Source of the DNA: Histomonas meleagridis 2922-C6/04-290x
Taxonomy: Eukaryota; Protista; Parabasalia
DNA: 64,000 nt
Direction: 5' to 3'
NCBI GenBank assembly: GCA_020184695.1
Contig: JAANOX010000061.1
Location: 1 to 64,000 of the forward strand
A program made the translations under genes and the position numbers. Below, piece after piece: positions 38,532-50,007 of the stretch. Below the pieces are notes generated by a model. It did not search any database and was not told where the DNA came from. It was given only the letters and a program-made list of their open reading frames with translations. Numbering within the stretch: the first letter of the stretch is position 1; the number at the start of each line of letters is the position of its first letter.

Positions 38532-41500
38532 TTATTTTACATTTCTAAACATTACAATGGAGCCATTCCTTGTAGCAAATGCCACAGTAGGAAGTGATCT
38601 ATGTACAGCACACATTTCTGCATCTTTAACATCTTTAAATTCAGCAATCAATTTTCCATTTATATCTTCTGCGGTTGGTATTTTTCCATCATTCACCAAG
38701 AACATTATATTGTTTCTTACTTCGAAGTCAACTACGTCATTTTTCATATTTATGATTTCATTATTTTGTACTTTATATAAATTTTTATCTTCAGTCAAAA
38801 ACAAAACCGCCGTTTCCACCGTTTGTATTTTAAGAACTTTACTTCCGACCACTTTGTCACCAATTTTTGTTAACTTTATTTCATCGTTCTCATTCAAATT
38901 CATTTCGTGTAAATTTCCTTTTATGTCTCCAATAACAAAAGAATTATCATTTGTAGTAAAAGAAGTAATTTCTTCATTTATATTGATTTTCCATTCTTTT
39001 GCCAGAAGTTCTTCTTTTAAGTTCCATTTACTTAAAATATTTTTACTATTAATTGTATATAATATAAAAGGTTCAAATTTCGAAATTGTTAATAATAATT
39101 TCGAACTCGAACAACGAAATGAAATGTTAAAAGTTTTATCGCTAGGATTCCACACCAAAACAAATCCGTCGATGGTAGTGATGATAAATTTCGTTTGATT
39201 GTTCCATTCAGAAACAAACAAATTCGAAACATTTTCGAAATCATTTTTCAAATTCGATTTTTGTTTATCGAAATATGAAACAGAATCCGAAGTTACGACG
39301 CAATAACCCGAAGAGTTCGCGTTGAAACAAATATTTTTAATCGATGATTTAATTTTAATTTCAGATTTCATCAATGAATTATCAAATATAATATCTTTAA
39401 CTTCAATTTGTTTCAATTCTTCTTCATTATTATTATTAACATTATTTTCTTCTTTGTATTCATATTTCCAATGTTTCGAAAGTATTAAATTATGTAAAAT
39501 GATTTGATGTAATGATTCGTTTTGATCAAGATTCGGAATTCCTATTTGTTCGAAATCAATTTCACTTTCTAAGTCATCAACTGTTTTTCTTTTTGTCAAT
39601 AAAATTTGATGAATTTCTTTTTGTTTATCTACAAATTCCAAAATTTTCTTTGCGAGAATTTGAATTGATTCATGTAAATCTTCTGAATATAATTTAATAA
39701 CATATAAAGCAACTAAATATATATGTACCATGAAATCATTACTATTTACTAATTCATCAATCAAATTAAACATTTCTTCATGATTAAAATTCGTTGTCTT
39801 ATAAAATGAATTCATTAATGATTGATAAGAATCATTTGGGAAATCAATCATTTCATTATCTAAAACTTCACTATAACAATCAAATGATATAATGAATTTC
39901 TTTAACATTAATAACAAATGAAATCGAACTATAAATGATACATCCATAAATGTCGGTAATGCTAATAATAATAATTGTCCATTAACGCAACATTCAAAAG
40001 GCCTTAAAAAACATGTTAATGTACCAATTGCTGCTGCTCTAGTTAAAGGTGACTTTTGCTTAATAAATAACGCTGTTTGTACATGTAATCCATTAGATAC
40101 AAATGCACTTGTATCAGGCGAATATAAATGAAATGCTCTTCGTATTAATAATAATAACCATTGCGATCTTTTCTCAGATGATTGTTCTAATTCTTTTCGT
40201 ACTCTTTTTAGGAATTCGATGTTAGTACAAATTTGTTGAAATCCATCATGTGATACTACTAATGTAGCTAAGATAGCAGTTAATAATATACGTGTTGACT
40301 CATTTAACTTTTCATCAAAGATAAAATTAGGAAATGAACTTACATCAAGTTCTTTCCGTATCTCAATCGAGAAAGTCGGGTTATGAAATAATAATGCTAA
40401 TATTAAGAAACATAATGAATGAAATGCTAATGTTTCTCTATTAGTCTTAATTAATTTAGCAAATAATGAATTAAATAATGAAACTGTTGTTAACATTTCA
40501 GGTGATGATTTAGTTGACGCTGAATATTCCGTTAATAAAAATAATGGTTTATCATTTTGTGTCTCATAAAACATCATATGAAATAATAATGTTAAATGAT
40601 AAGGTCGAACAAGTTCTAATTGATCATTTTGTAACATAGTTTCAAATGATTTTTCCATTCGTGAATAAAGTTCAGTCGCAAATGAAGGCCGTGGGATATT
40701 TATAGAACATATTGTTGTATCGATACATACTTCCCATTGTTTCCATAATTTATGCATTGATAAATCAGGAATTGATGGATGTGATATGGGATGTACTCGA
40801 TAAGGCTTTAATAAGAATTGCGCTAATAAAAAATGTCGGAATATTACAGCTGATAATCGATCACATCGAAATATCTTATGATATAATTCTCGTGGTAATG
40901 AATCGGCTGCAATCGCATCAGTTAATGAGGTCAAAACTAATGATAATCGTGAAATATCAGATGAACGTTCATCTAATAAATGTGGAAATGGTAATTCTAA
41001 TGGAAATTTAGGACCAATTAAAGTGGTACGATAATGTTGTAAGATGTGACATACAATCGCCATTTTAATGGGCGTAAGAATTACTGATGTTAAGAAATCA
41101 CGTGGTAAATATGGCTCTTGTGGTAAATCTTCACCTGCTGACGTCGCACATGCACAAAACCAATTGGACCAATCACATTCAAGTGCATTCTTTGGATGCT
41201 TTTCTTCGGCTCGAAGAAATGCTGGAATAACAACACCTGCATTTGAACAATCAAAGATAAACCAAGTGGGAGGAGAAAGCTTAGAAAATAATTGTTCGAG
41301 ATCAAAAGGTGTGAAATTGGTGGAACGACGTTCACTACACCAAATGTTCTTATCAGTAATTCGTGGAAAACCATGGCCAACATAATGGAAAAGTATGCGC
41401 CCTGCTGGTACTTCTCGTCGAATGGATGCTATGTTTTGAAGCCGATCATAACTCGGAGCGATGGAAAAGAAAAATCGTAAATGAGAACGAATACAATTGT

Positions 41501-41978
41501 AATTGTTCTTGAAATAACTTTGAACAGTGGTTTGATACTCTGATGGAAAGGCGGTTTGTGCATCAAACCATGCAAAAACTTCGGGTTTTTTGGCTGAATA
41601 TGTTGAAGATGGTTTTGGAAATTGTTCAAGATGAGCGGCATCAACAACAATGCATTCAATCGGCTCAACTCGGAGTGGAATTGAGGGAATTGTTGAGCTA
41701 TTGAATTTTTCTAAATAATATTCAGAACCTGAGATAACATAAGATTCTGGATAAGACTTTGGTAGCTCTTTTGGAATAGAATGGACTTGAAACATTGTTG
41801 CTAAATCAATGGTGAATTCTTGAGAAACACTTTTTTGAGGTAAAAATGGATAATCATCTTGATCTAATACATCAAAAGGATCATCATCTGATGATGAGTA
41901 GTTGTCAACAAATGTGGATAGATTATTAAAATTCACTGCATTGCTCTTACGAAGCCGCAGATCCATTAAATTATTCAA
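38532..41978 (-). CDS. Raptor/KOG1-like protein (RNC + HEAT + degenerate WD40), 1148 aa
   Basis: RILFHYVGHGFP, FIFDCSNAG, ACATSAGEDLP, DFLTSVILTP, FRHFLLAQ, HKLWKQWE. Confidence 0.88.
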   Translation of the reverse strand: MNNLMDLRLRKSNAVNFNNLSTFVDNYSSSDDDPFDVLDQDDYPFLPQKSVSQEFTIDLATMFQVHSIPKELPKSYPESYVISGSEYYLEKFNSSTIPSIPLRVEPIECIVVDAAHLEQFPKPSSTYSAKKPEVFAWFDAQTAFPSEYQTTVQSYFKNNYNCIRSHLRFFFSIAPSYDRLQNIASIRREVPAGRILFHYVGHGFPRITDKNIWCSERRSTNFTPFDLEQLFSKLSPPTWFIFDCSNAGVVIPAFLRAEEKHPKNALECDWSNWFCACATSAGEDLPQEPYLPRDFLTSVILTPIKMAIVCHILQHYRTTLIGPKFPLELPFPHLLDERSSDISRLSLVLTSLTDAIAADSLPRELYHKIFRCDRLSAVIFRHFLLAQFLLKPYRVHPISHPSIPDLSMHKLWKQWEVCIDTTICSINIPRPSFATELYSRMEKSFETMLQNDQLELVRPYHLTLLFHMMFYETQNDKPLFLLTEYSASTKSSPEMLTTVSLFNSLFAKLIKTNRETLAFHSLCFLILALLFHNPTFSIEIRKELDVSSFPNFIFDEKLNESTRILLTAILATLVVSHDGFQQICTNIEFLKRVRKELEQSSEKRSQWLLLLIRRAFHLYSPDTSAFVSNGLHVQTALFIKQKSPLTRAAAIGTLTCFLRPFECCVNGQLLLLALPTFMDVSFIVRFHLLLMLKKFIISFDCYSEVLDNEMIDFPNDSYQSLMNSFYKTTNFNHEEMFNLIDELVNSNDFMVHIYLVALYVIKLYSEDLHESIQILAKKILEFVDKQKEIHQILLTKRKTVDDLESEIDFEQIGIPNLDQNESLHQIILHNLILSKHWKYEYKEENNVNNNNEEELKQIEVKDIIFDNSLMKSEIKIKSSIKNICFNANSSGYCVVTSDSVSYFDKQKSNLKNDFENVSNLFVSEWNNQTKFIITTIDGFVLVWNPSDKTFNISFRCSSSKLLLTISKFEPFILYTINSKNILSKWNLKEELLAKEWKININEEITSFTTNDNSFVIGDIKGNLHEMNLNENDEIKLTKIGDKVVGSKVLKIQTVETAVLFLTEDKNLYKVQNNEIINMKNDVVDFEVRNNIMFLVNDGKIPTAEDINGKLIAEFKDVKDAEMCAVHRSLPTVAFATRNGSIVMFRNVK

Positions 41979-42493
41979 CTTAAGTGTATGTCACTTTTTT
42001 GGATTTCAATAGTAACGACGGTTAGAATGGATAAACATAACTTTTCATTGCTCAAAGTTCATAATCTTCTTTATTAGACAATATTAAATATATCAAACAA
42101 AAACATTTTATTTTATTATAAAGACATTATGGATTTTTAAGGTACACATAAATAAGTTTAAAATTTATAGCTGAATCAGCAAAAATAAATTGTGTAAATA
42201 TGGGTCGCCCCAAATACGTTAAAATTTTGCCGGAAAAAATTTGAGTAACTTCTGGGTACCCAACGTTTTCAATATAAATATTTTGGAAGAAGAAAATCAA
42301 TTACTTAAGGCAACAAAATTTTCCTCAGATGCAAGTTAGTGATTATGAAAAATTTAGATAACGGAAGTTCTGGATGAATATAATAAGGCATTTGATTCAT
42401 AAGGAAGAAAAATTTAAAAACTTTTAAATTACCATGATGAAATACTAAGGGTTGTGTTTCTTTATCTATATGATATTTGTAAATCAATCATAT

Positions 42494-42890
42494 TTAATGA
42501 CTCTTTATGTAAGTATATAATAAATCGGCTATTTCTTCATTTGCAACCATCAATGCTGTTATAAATTATGAACATAAACTCCAAATTATTAAAATAAATT
42601 CTAAATCATCGAAATGAATGCATTTTACATCAATGACTTCTTTTTCTAAAAGTAATTTTACTTTTTCGATGTTGTTGTTTTCAACTGCTATATAAAGTGC
42701 TGTTTCAAACAATTTAATTAAATTCCAAATTATTAAAATAAATATTAAATTATTCAAATTAATAGTTTTTATATTAGCATCAATTCCTTTATCTAAAAGT
42801 AACTTTACTATTTCTATATTATTGTTTTCAACTGCTTCTGAAAGTGCTGTTTGAAATCATTCAAACAAATATTAAATTATTCAAATAAAT
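42494..42890 (-). pseudogene. ankyrin-repeat relic: three repeats separated by 60-nt spacers
   Basis: TALSEAVENNNIEIVKLLLDKGIDANIKT (42850-42764), TALYIAVENNNIEKVKLLLEKEVIDVKC (42703-42620), TALMVANEEIADLL (from 42559); spacers at 42704-42763 and 42560-42619. Confidence 0.7.
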
Positions 42891-43041
42891 TGTTTACATT
42901 AACTCAAATAGTAATAAAGTGAAATAGAAAGTGATTTATTAAAAAAAAATATCACAAACCAAATAATGTATATTTAACAATTTTTTTATGATATATATTT
43001 TGTACTTATTAAAAAAATACAAATACATAAATATTTCAAAA

Positions 43042-45360
43042 TTATTTCTTTTCCAAATCCACAATTTCCCAAACTCTTAATTTACAATCCATTCCCGAAG
43101 AAGCGAACATATTACCATTGTTATTAAACGCCACAGCTAACACAGGTCCTTGATGAGCCTCCAACGAATATTCCATTTTCTCGTCGAAGATTTGTGACAC
43201 ATTTACAGTATTATCTTCTGATCCCGATATGTGCAAATTATTTTTTGTATCCATAGTTACAACAGTTGCAGTATGACCGTATAACTCTGTTATGTTATTA
43301 TTTTCATAATTATTTATAAGTTTTACAACTGTTTCTTCAGAAGACGCGAAAATTTTTTGGTTGGACATTGTTAAACAAGTTATTGGACTATTTTCGAACA
43401 ATAAAATTTGTTTAACAATTTTTTTGTCATTAATATTATATATATCAATACTACCATCTTCATAACCAGTAACAATAACATCAGATTGATTAGAAAACGT
43501 AGTATAAGTTGCTTCAAATTGTATTTTGTTAAATGATGATATTTGTTTCATTGTCGAAAACTCATAAATTTGTGTCCCATTACCATTTAATAACGCTGCC
43601 TTTGTTATATCTGGTGAAAGTGTTATAAAATAACATCTTTCGATTGGCTTCGTTAATCGTAATGATCCATCATTCACATTAAAAAATGATATTTTAGTAC
43701 TATAACAACATATTAATAATGAGTTATCATGAGTAAAAAAAATGGATATTACAGGAGATCGTAATATCATTTTAAAGATGATAGTTAATGATGGAAACAT
43801 TAACATTTCAAGCCATCCATCAAATACTATCGCAAGATATTTATTATCTGATGAAAACTTCATAAAGTCAATTGGCTTCTTACGTTGTAATGTCGATAAT
43901 AATTTAATGTCAATAGGTTTGGAGATGTTCGTTTTTGGTATTAATGCTGCTAATGACCAATGGAAATCTTCTGTCGTTTCTTCTTCATCTTCTTCATCTT
44001 CTTCATAATATTCATATGATGATTCATTGTTATCAGTGGTACTAATTGGTGATTCATCTTCGACAAAATCTATGTCAAATGAATCACTATTATCTGAGAA
44101 ATCATATTCAGATGAAAGTGGTAAATTACCACCATATGATTTTTCGATTTGAAGAATAAGTGGATCAATCGTATTACGTGCAAATTGATTCCATTCTTCA
44201 TTGTCATCAAAATCATCAATCGAATCATTAATGATTTGTGATATTTCTAATAAAATACCCCAATATGATGCATTGATTTCATATCGCTTCTGATAGATTT
44301 CTATGATTCGGGATCGTAGATTTAATGAATCAATTATCGTGTCTGATATCGAAAAAAGATTTTTGAAAAGTGTCAAAAATGAAAGGTGAAGTGAAGTGTT
44401 TGTGGGATTTTGTAAAAAGTGCTCAAACAAAACTTTTGTAAACTCCACAATTTGGGGGGTTAATTTCCCTTTGTTGGTTTTCTTTATACAAAAGATTACA
44501 ATTGATAATGCATTAGATTTCGCTAAGGTGAAGGTCAAGCTTTGCTTGATGAAATCAATGAAATCATCAAAGACAGAAAAAAGTATTGTAAAAAATGGAA
44601 GTTTTGTATCCATATTTTGAAAATAATTACAAAGATCAAGAATTAGTCGAAATGATGAAGCAGATTTATGATTAAGAACTATTTCGAATAATTTGGTTAT
44701 GACTGGTTTTGAATAAAAAGGGACAATTAATGGTGAATCTAATTTGGCAGATTTGACAACGTGAGATAAAAGTTCAAAATATTTCTCATTGATTGTTAAG
44801 GAATCTAAAAATAAATCTGTGACATTTGATTCTGATAGAAATGACGTGATAACTTTTATTGAACTTCTATCAATGATATAGAGTAATAAATTATATATGG
44901 AAACTGTATCAATGTACCTAAGAAGTTTTGGTATGAGTTTATTTTTATCTGGGTAATGAATAAGAATGAGGCAATTTGTTGATTTTATTAAAAATTCAAA
45001 AATAACAGAAAACGTATTGAGAGTAGACAATGAAATCTTTTCTTCACTTGATATGATACCATTAAACTTTTGAAGAAAAGGTTGATTTATTGATAACTGT
45101 GAATCAAATAATGGAGATGGTGTTGTTAAGATAAAAAAAGCTGTATACCTGATTTCCGCACTTATATTCTGTGTTATGTTTCCAAATATAATATCAAGAA
45201 TTTCTATGATATGTAAAATTAAATATTGATTTAATTGATTGTTTTGTTTTCGAAATAATGAACGAACATTTGGAACATTTAACACATCCAATAAAGGGGT
45301 ATCGGGTTTGCCTAGTAGAATATTTAAATTATACGAGGCATCCCGATTTGGGGTTTCCAT
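43042..45360 (-). CDS. SAPS (SIT4/PP6-associated)-like N-terminal domain fused to WD40 repeats, 772 aa
   Basis: LLDVLNVPNVRSLFRKQNNQLNQYL SAPS-like start; acidic linker; WD40 signatures GHTATV, SGSEDNTVNV, AHQGPVLAVAF, ASSGMDCKLRVW. ATG at 45360. Confidence 0.65.
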   Translation of the reverse strand: METPNRDASYNLNILLGKPDTPLLDVLNVPNVRSLFRKQNNQLNQYLILHIIEILDIIFGNITQNISAEIRYTAFFILTTPSPLFDSQLSINQPFLQKFNGIISSEEKISLSTLNTFSVIFEFLIKSTNCLILIHYPDKNKLIPKLLRYIDTVSIYNLLLYIIDRSSIKVITSFLSESNVTDLFLDSLTINEKYFELLSHVVKSAKLDSPLIVPFYSKPVITKLFEIVLNHKSASSFRLILDLCNYFQNMDTKLPFFTILFSVFDDFIDFIKQSLTFTLAKSNALSIVIFCIKKTNKGKLTPQIVEFTKVLFEHFLQNPTNTSLHLSFLTLFKNLFSISDTIIDSLNLRSRIIEIYQKRYEINASYWGILLEISQIINDSIDDFDDNEEWNQFARNTIDPLILQIEKSYGGNLPLSSEYDFSDNSDSFDIDFVEDESPISTTDNNESSYEYYEEDEEDEEETTEDFHWSLAALIPKTNISKPIDIKLLSTLQRKKPIDFMKFSSDNKYLAIVFDGWLEMLMFPSLTIIFKMILRSPVISIFFTHDNSLLICCYSTKISFFNVNDGSLRLTKPIERCYFITLSPDITKAALLNGNGTQIYEFSTMKQISSFNKIQFEATYTTFSNQSDVIVTGYEDGSIDIYNINDKKIVKQILLFENSPITCLTMSNQKIFASSEETVVKLINNYENNNITELYGHTATVVTMDTKNNLHISGSEDNTVNVSQIFDEKMEYSLEAHQGPVLAVAFNNNGNMFASSGMDCKLRVWEIVDLEKK

Positions 45361-45451
45361 TAATGGAGAGTTGTTTTGAATACGACCAGTTATGAACACA
45401 AAATGCTTTTTCGGTTAAAATGATCCACCCTAAAACATACGTTATTGTGAC

Positions 45452-45459
45452 GACCGTTA
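45452..45459 (+). promoter_or_regulatory. M3-like element GACCGTTA
   Basis: 13 nt upstream of ATG 45473 in a 112-bp divergent intergenic region. Confidence 0.45.
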
Positions 45460-45472
45460 ATATGTTTTTCTA

Positions 45473-48187
45473 ATGGGAGATACATTTGAAAATCTCCAGA
45501 GAAAGTATCAACAAAATTTATTTGATATTCTTCGGTCTACAAAAATTACACGTCAAATAGATTCATCAGTAATTCGACAATTATTAACAGATGCAGATTA
45601 TGCCATAGAAAAATATAAACAAACAATGGCCGAAAGACATCAAGAAGAAAAAGCAACGTTAAATAGAAGCATCAAAAAAATGGTAATTGATTTCCAAACA
45701 AATTATGTAAATTCAGTTAATTTATATTTTCTACGGCATTTTAAACATTTTAATGATATTATAGATCAAGCAAATACACAGATAGGTCAACATTATAAAG
45801 AACAACAAGACAAGATCATTCAACAAAAAGAAGATTTTAATAAACATAAAAGTAATATACATCAAGAACTACAAAAATCATTAGAAGACTCAAAAAAAGA
45901 ACACAACCGAAGAATGGAACAACTTCAAAAGGAGATGGAATCAATTAATTTTTCTTCAAAAGAAAAGATCGATTCTGAAACTAATCGAATAACGCAATAT
46001 TTTGAACGGCAAATATCCCAAAAAGAAGAAAGTCTTAAAAATGTACTTGAAGCTATATCACGTACAGAAGAAGAGATTGAAACATCTAAACAACTTCGTG
46101 AATCAAAAATTCGCGATCTTCAATCATTAAATAATCAATCATTAATTAATTATAAAGAAACATTATCTAAAGAATATAAATCGATTGAAGAAAAAATTTT
46201 TGATCTCCAACAACAAAACGATTCATTAAATTCTGAACTTCGTAAAATCGAAAACGAACAAAATTTAAGTTGGGAAAAACGAAAGAATGAACTTGCAGAA
46301 TTATTTTCCAAAGAAAATGACGAAGTTACGAATAAAGTAAAAGATAAACAATTTATTATTGAACAAAAAAACAAAGAAATCAAACAATTAAAAAATGATA
46401 TTTCCGAAAGCAAAAATTATGTTAATGTTCAAAAACAAAAACAAACAGATAAAATCCAACAAAAAATTAAATATGAACTTGAACAAAGAAATGAACTATT
46501 AAAAAATGATCATGAGAAACAACAACAAATGTTTGAAGAAAGACTTAATAATCTTCAACAATCATTACAAAAGTTAATAACAAAAACAAAAGATGAAGAA
46601 AAATCATTTGAAAGTAAAATAAATGAGAAATATAATTCGCATAATATAAAAATAAAAGAAATTAAAGAAATACAAAAACAAAACATACAAAAATTAAATG
46701 ATGAAATAAGTTCAATTTATAATGAAATCGAAAATGTTAAAATAGAATGGAGAAAACAAATCGTCGATATTAAAGTTAATTATGAAAACGATGCAAGAAA
46801 TATTTATGATAAAGAAAGTCAAGATGATAAATATTATGAAGCTAAACTTTTGGCACTTAAAAAAGAACTTGGACGAATTCTTCAAGAAAATCAAAAATCA
46901 ATAAAAACCGAATTAAGTGAAATTAATATAAATAATGAAAATATTAAAAGTGAAAAAGAAATAAATTCAAAGATTGAAAATCATAAAAATAAATTACAAT
47001 TAATTCATGAAAAACATGAAAAAGAACAAAAAATTTTGTTGGAACAAATTTCATTTCTTAACGAAGAAGAAAAATTAATTCGTCAAAAAATCGAACAACA
47101 GAAAAAAGAAAATGAAAATGATAAAGAAAAAGTTATTACTATTAACGAAATTGAAGAGCATATAGATAAATCTCGTGAAAAATATTTAAACGAAACTATA
47201 AATCTGAAAGAAGATGAAACAAAAGCATTAGAAGAATTAGATCAATGCAAAGTAAAACTGAAAGAAACTATTCAAAAAGTTTCATCTTTGCGGTTACACC
47301 TTCAAAAAGTTACTGAGGAATATGAAAATGGACTTTCAGAAGCAAATAATTCAGCTAAAGATAGAGTAAATATGATACGTGAAAGCATTGAAATAAAAGA
47401 AAAAGAAATAATAAATCTCGAACATCAATTCGATGATAATGAATCAAAGATTCGAAAATATAATCAAAAAATTGAAGAAATGGAAAATAAATTATTACAA
47501 TTACGTGAACAAAATGAAATGAAGAAATCGAAAATGAAGGAAATGATAAAAAAAGAATTCGAACCATTAAAATCTAAAGAACAATCAAAAGCGCAAATGA
47601 AAATTTTGGAATATAAAAAATTTAAAGAAGAATTTCAACTTAAAAAAGAAACATTAAAAAATGAACTTTGTAATATACAAATGTCGAACGATTCGATGTC
47701 CAATAAAATCAAAGAAGAAACAAATCAAATTATACAAAAAATAAAAAACGAAATTCAAAATCAATTTGAAGAAGAAGAAAAACAAATTAATAATGAATCA
47801 AATGAAATCGAAAAAAAAGAATTCGAAAAAATAAATAATGAAATTAAAAGAATGGAAGAAGAAGTAAAAGGAATCCAAAATGAAAAAGATATAAAAGTAG
47901 AAGCTGATATTGCTGTGTATAAAGAAAAAATTTCTGATTTAAATAATAAATGTAATGAAATCATTGAAATAAATAATGAGAAAAGAGAAAAAATTAATGA
48001 AATTAATCAAAGAGAATGTAAATTGTGTCCAGTGTTGGATAAGAACTTGAGAAAATTGGAAAAAATAATGATAAAGTTACAGATTAATAACAGAGATATA
48101 TCTCTGAATGATAGAAATAAAAAGGATATGATAAAGATAATCTCAAGAAAGGCTTTGCCTGCACTAAAAGAAATTAATGATATTTAA
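45473..48187 (+). CDS. 904-aa coiled-coil protein
   Basis: Uninterrupted K/E/Q/N-rich heptad ORF. Confidence 0.85.
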   Translation: MGDTFENLQRKYQQNLFDILRSTKITRQIDSSVIRQLLTDADYAIEKYKQTMAERHQEEKATLNRSIKKMVIDFQTNYVNSVNLYFLRHFKHFNDIIDQANTQIGQHYKEQQDKIIQQKEDFNKHKSNIHQELQKSLEDSKKEHNRRMEQLQKEMESINFSSKEKIDSETNRITQYFERQISQKEESLKNVLEAISRTEEEIETSKQLRESKIRDLQSLNNQSLINYKETLSKEYKSIEEKIFDLQQQNDSLNSELRKIENEQNLSWEKRKNELAELFSKENDEVTNKVKDKQFIIEQKNKEIKQLKNDISESKNYVNVQKQKQTDKIQQKIKYELEQRNELLKNDHEKQQQMFEERLNNLQQSLQKLITKTKDEEKSFESKINEKYNSHNIKIKEIKEIQKQNIQKLNDEISSIYNEIENVKIEWRKQIVDIKVNYENDARNIYDKESQDDKYYEAKLLALKKELGRILQENQKSIKTELSEININNENIKSEKEINSKIENHKNKLQLIHEKHEKEQKILLEQISFLNEEEKLIRQKIEQQKKENENDKEKVITINEIEEHIDKSREKYLNETINLKEDETKALEELDQCKVKLKETIQKVSSLRLHLQKVTEEYENGLSEANNSAKDRVNMIRESIEIKEKEIINLEHQFDDNESKIRKYNQKIEEMENKLLQLREQNEMKKSKMKEMIKKEFEPLKSKEQSKAQMKILEYKKFKEEFQLKKETLKNELCNIQMSNDSMSNKIKEETNQIIQKIKNEIQNQFEEEEKQINNESNEIEKKEFEKINNEIKRMEEEVKGIQNEKDIKVEADIAVYKEKISDLNNKCNEIIEINNEKREKINEINQRECKLCPVLDKNLRKLEKIMIKLQINNRDISLNDRNKKDMIKIISRKALPALKEINDI

Positions 48188-48475
48188 ATAAAATTTGTTA
48201 TTATTTCGTAATGTTATTTTGTTTTGGAAATTCTCCTGTAATTATATAAGTTTATCTTTATTTGTTAACATAATATGTATTATATTGTATAAATTGATAA
48301 TGTCTGTCAAGTTATGACACTTGTGATAATTCTTTTTAGGAAAAAAAATGGAGAATAAACAGGGTGACTTGATAATATTCATAATTAAATAATACACAGG
48401 AATTTCTTATATAATATGTATACCAGAAAATGTTTATTATTTATGAATGTTATAAATGCTGAACATTTTTTGGAT

Positions 48476-49039
48476 TTAATGTGTTTGTGAAAATTGGAAT
48501 GGTTCATTTAAAATATCATTGAAGTCCTCATATGTGATTGAAAATGGATCAGCAGAGAAAATCGTGTTCTCCAAATCCTGAAGCACTTGGAAGAAATCAT
48601 GTTGTGCCTCATCAATGAACTTTGAATCAGATTCATTTTTCTTTTTTGCTGTAACTAACATTAGTTCTTTTTTGCGATTACTTTTTTTCTCTCTTCTCAT
48701 TAATAGCGCGTGTCTATTCTTTATGCTTACATCAGTTCTTCCAGGCAAAGACTCTCGAATTACAGACCACTTCGGGCCAATCTTAGAATACTTTCTGGTT
48801 AATATTATATCTTCTTCCTCTGTCCAAGGACTTGAATCGATTCCAGGAGACAAATAATGCTTCCATCTTTCTCTACATTGTCGTGGTGTTCTCCCTATTT
48901 CTTTAGCCACTTGTTTCCAACAATGTATTCCATATCTACATACCATATCAATGATAATTTGGTCTTCTTCTAATGAAAACTTTCTTTTTGCAGCCTTGAC
49001 AAAACTTGGTATATTCGTGCATGTTATCATTTTCTGCAT
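48476..49039 (-). CDS. R2R3 Myb transcription factor
   Basis: KFSLEEDQII..WKQVA..GRTPRQCRERWKHYLSP..PWTEEED..GPKWSVI..LPGRTDVSIKNR. Confidence 0.95.
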   Translation of the reverse strand: MQKMITCTNIPSFVKAAKRKFSLEEDQIIIDMVCRYGIHCWKQVAKEIGRTPRQCRERWKHYLSPGIDSSPWTEEEDIILTRKYSKIGPKWSVIRESLPGRTDVSIKNRHALLMRREKKSNRKKELMLVTAKKKNESDSKFIDEAQHDFFQVLQDLENTIFSADPFSITYEDFNDILNEPFQFSQTH

Positions 49040-49953
49040 TATGATATTGAATTTTATTTTGAAGAAAATTGAAAAAATTCAACGTTTATTGACAACAAAC
49101 GAAAAAGGGATATTTGAGAGTATTAGGGTTGATCATTTTGAATCAATTGTTTTGTTTTCATTTAAATTGTATTCAATATTGTTCTGTGACATGATCACCC
49201 CATAATTTAATTCCACAGAAATATTTGAGAATTTAACAAAACGATTTGAATGATAAATTTTATTCCTGTTTACAATTCCAAAATTGAATAAATTATAACA
49301 AATTCTTCAGAAGCAAAACTTTATTTAATTTTTATACATTTGATATTATATTACAAATATGTATTCTCATGTGGAATTGTTAATGTACTTATTTTAATTA
49401 TATTAATGCTCAAAATTTTTTATTATAATATGAAGATATACATATTCATAAGCTTAAGCCGTTGGATTCATATATGTAATGCACTAATTAAACCTATTTG
49501 TGTCTTAATGAAATATTTCTCATTATAAGGCTGGTATGAAATGATTTACAAATTTATTCGGCCGTCAAAATATGGAAAAAAGTCGAGTATTTTCCACACT
49601 TTTTGCGGTTTTAGTTAATATTGTATGTTTTTTGCGGTTATTCGATGATTTTTGTGCTCGGAAAGTAAGCACGTTATATGAAGAAACCGTTAAAGTGAAA
49701 TGTATATAAAAAAGCTTTTTTTTCAATTGTATTCAAATTTAATGGCATTTTCAACAATGTAATACTTATGATATGTCAGTGTTTATTCAAAATATAATTA
49801 TATGTTTTAATATTCGATGATTCAGAGATAAACATATAATTTAATTATTTCTTTTTACCACACATTTTCACGAGAACGTTAATACAGACAACACCAACAA
49901 CTTTACTCCTATCAAAATTCATACAAACTGTTTCAAAAAAAGCAATTGAATAG

Positions 49954-49966
49954 GACGGTTAACCGT
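49954..49966. promoter_or_regulatory. palindromic double M3-like site (G)ACGGTTAACCGT
   Basis: 12-bp palindrome ~40 nt upstream of ATG 50008, followed by TCACTTCAC Inr-like repeats. Confidence 0.5.
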
Positions 49967-50007
49967 TGCTTCACTTCACCCACATTTTTTGATTTAGAGA
50001 GCTATTA

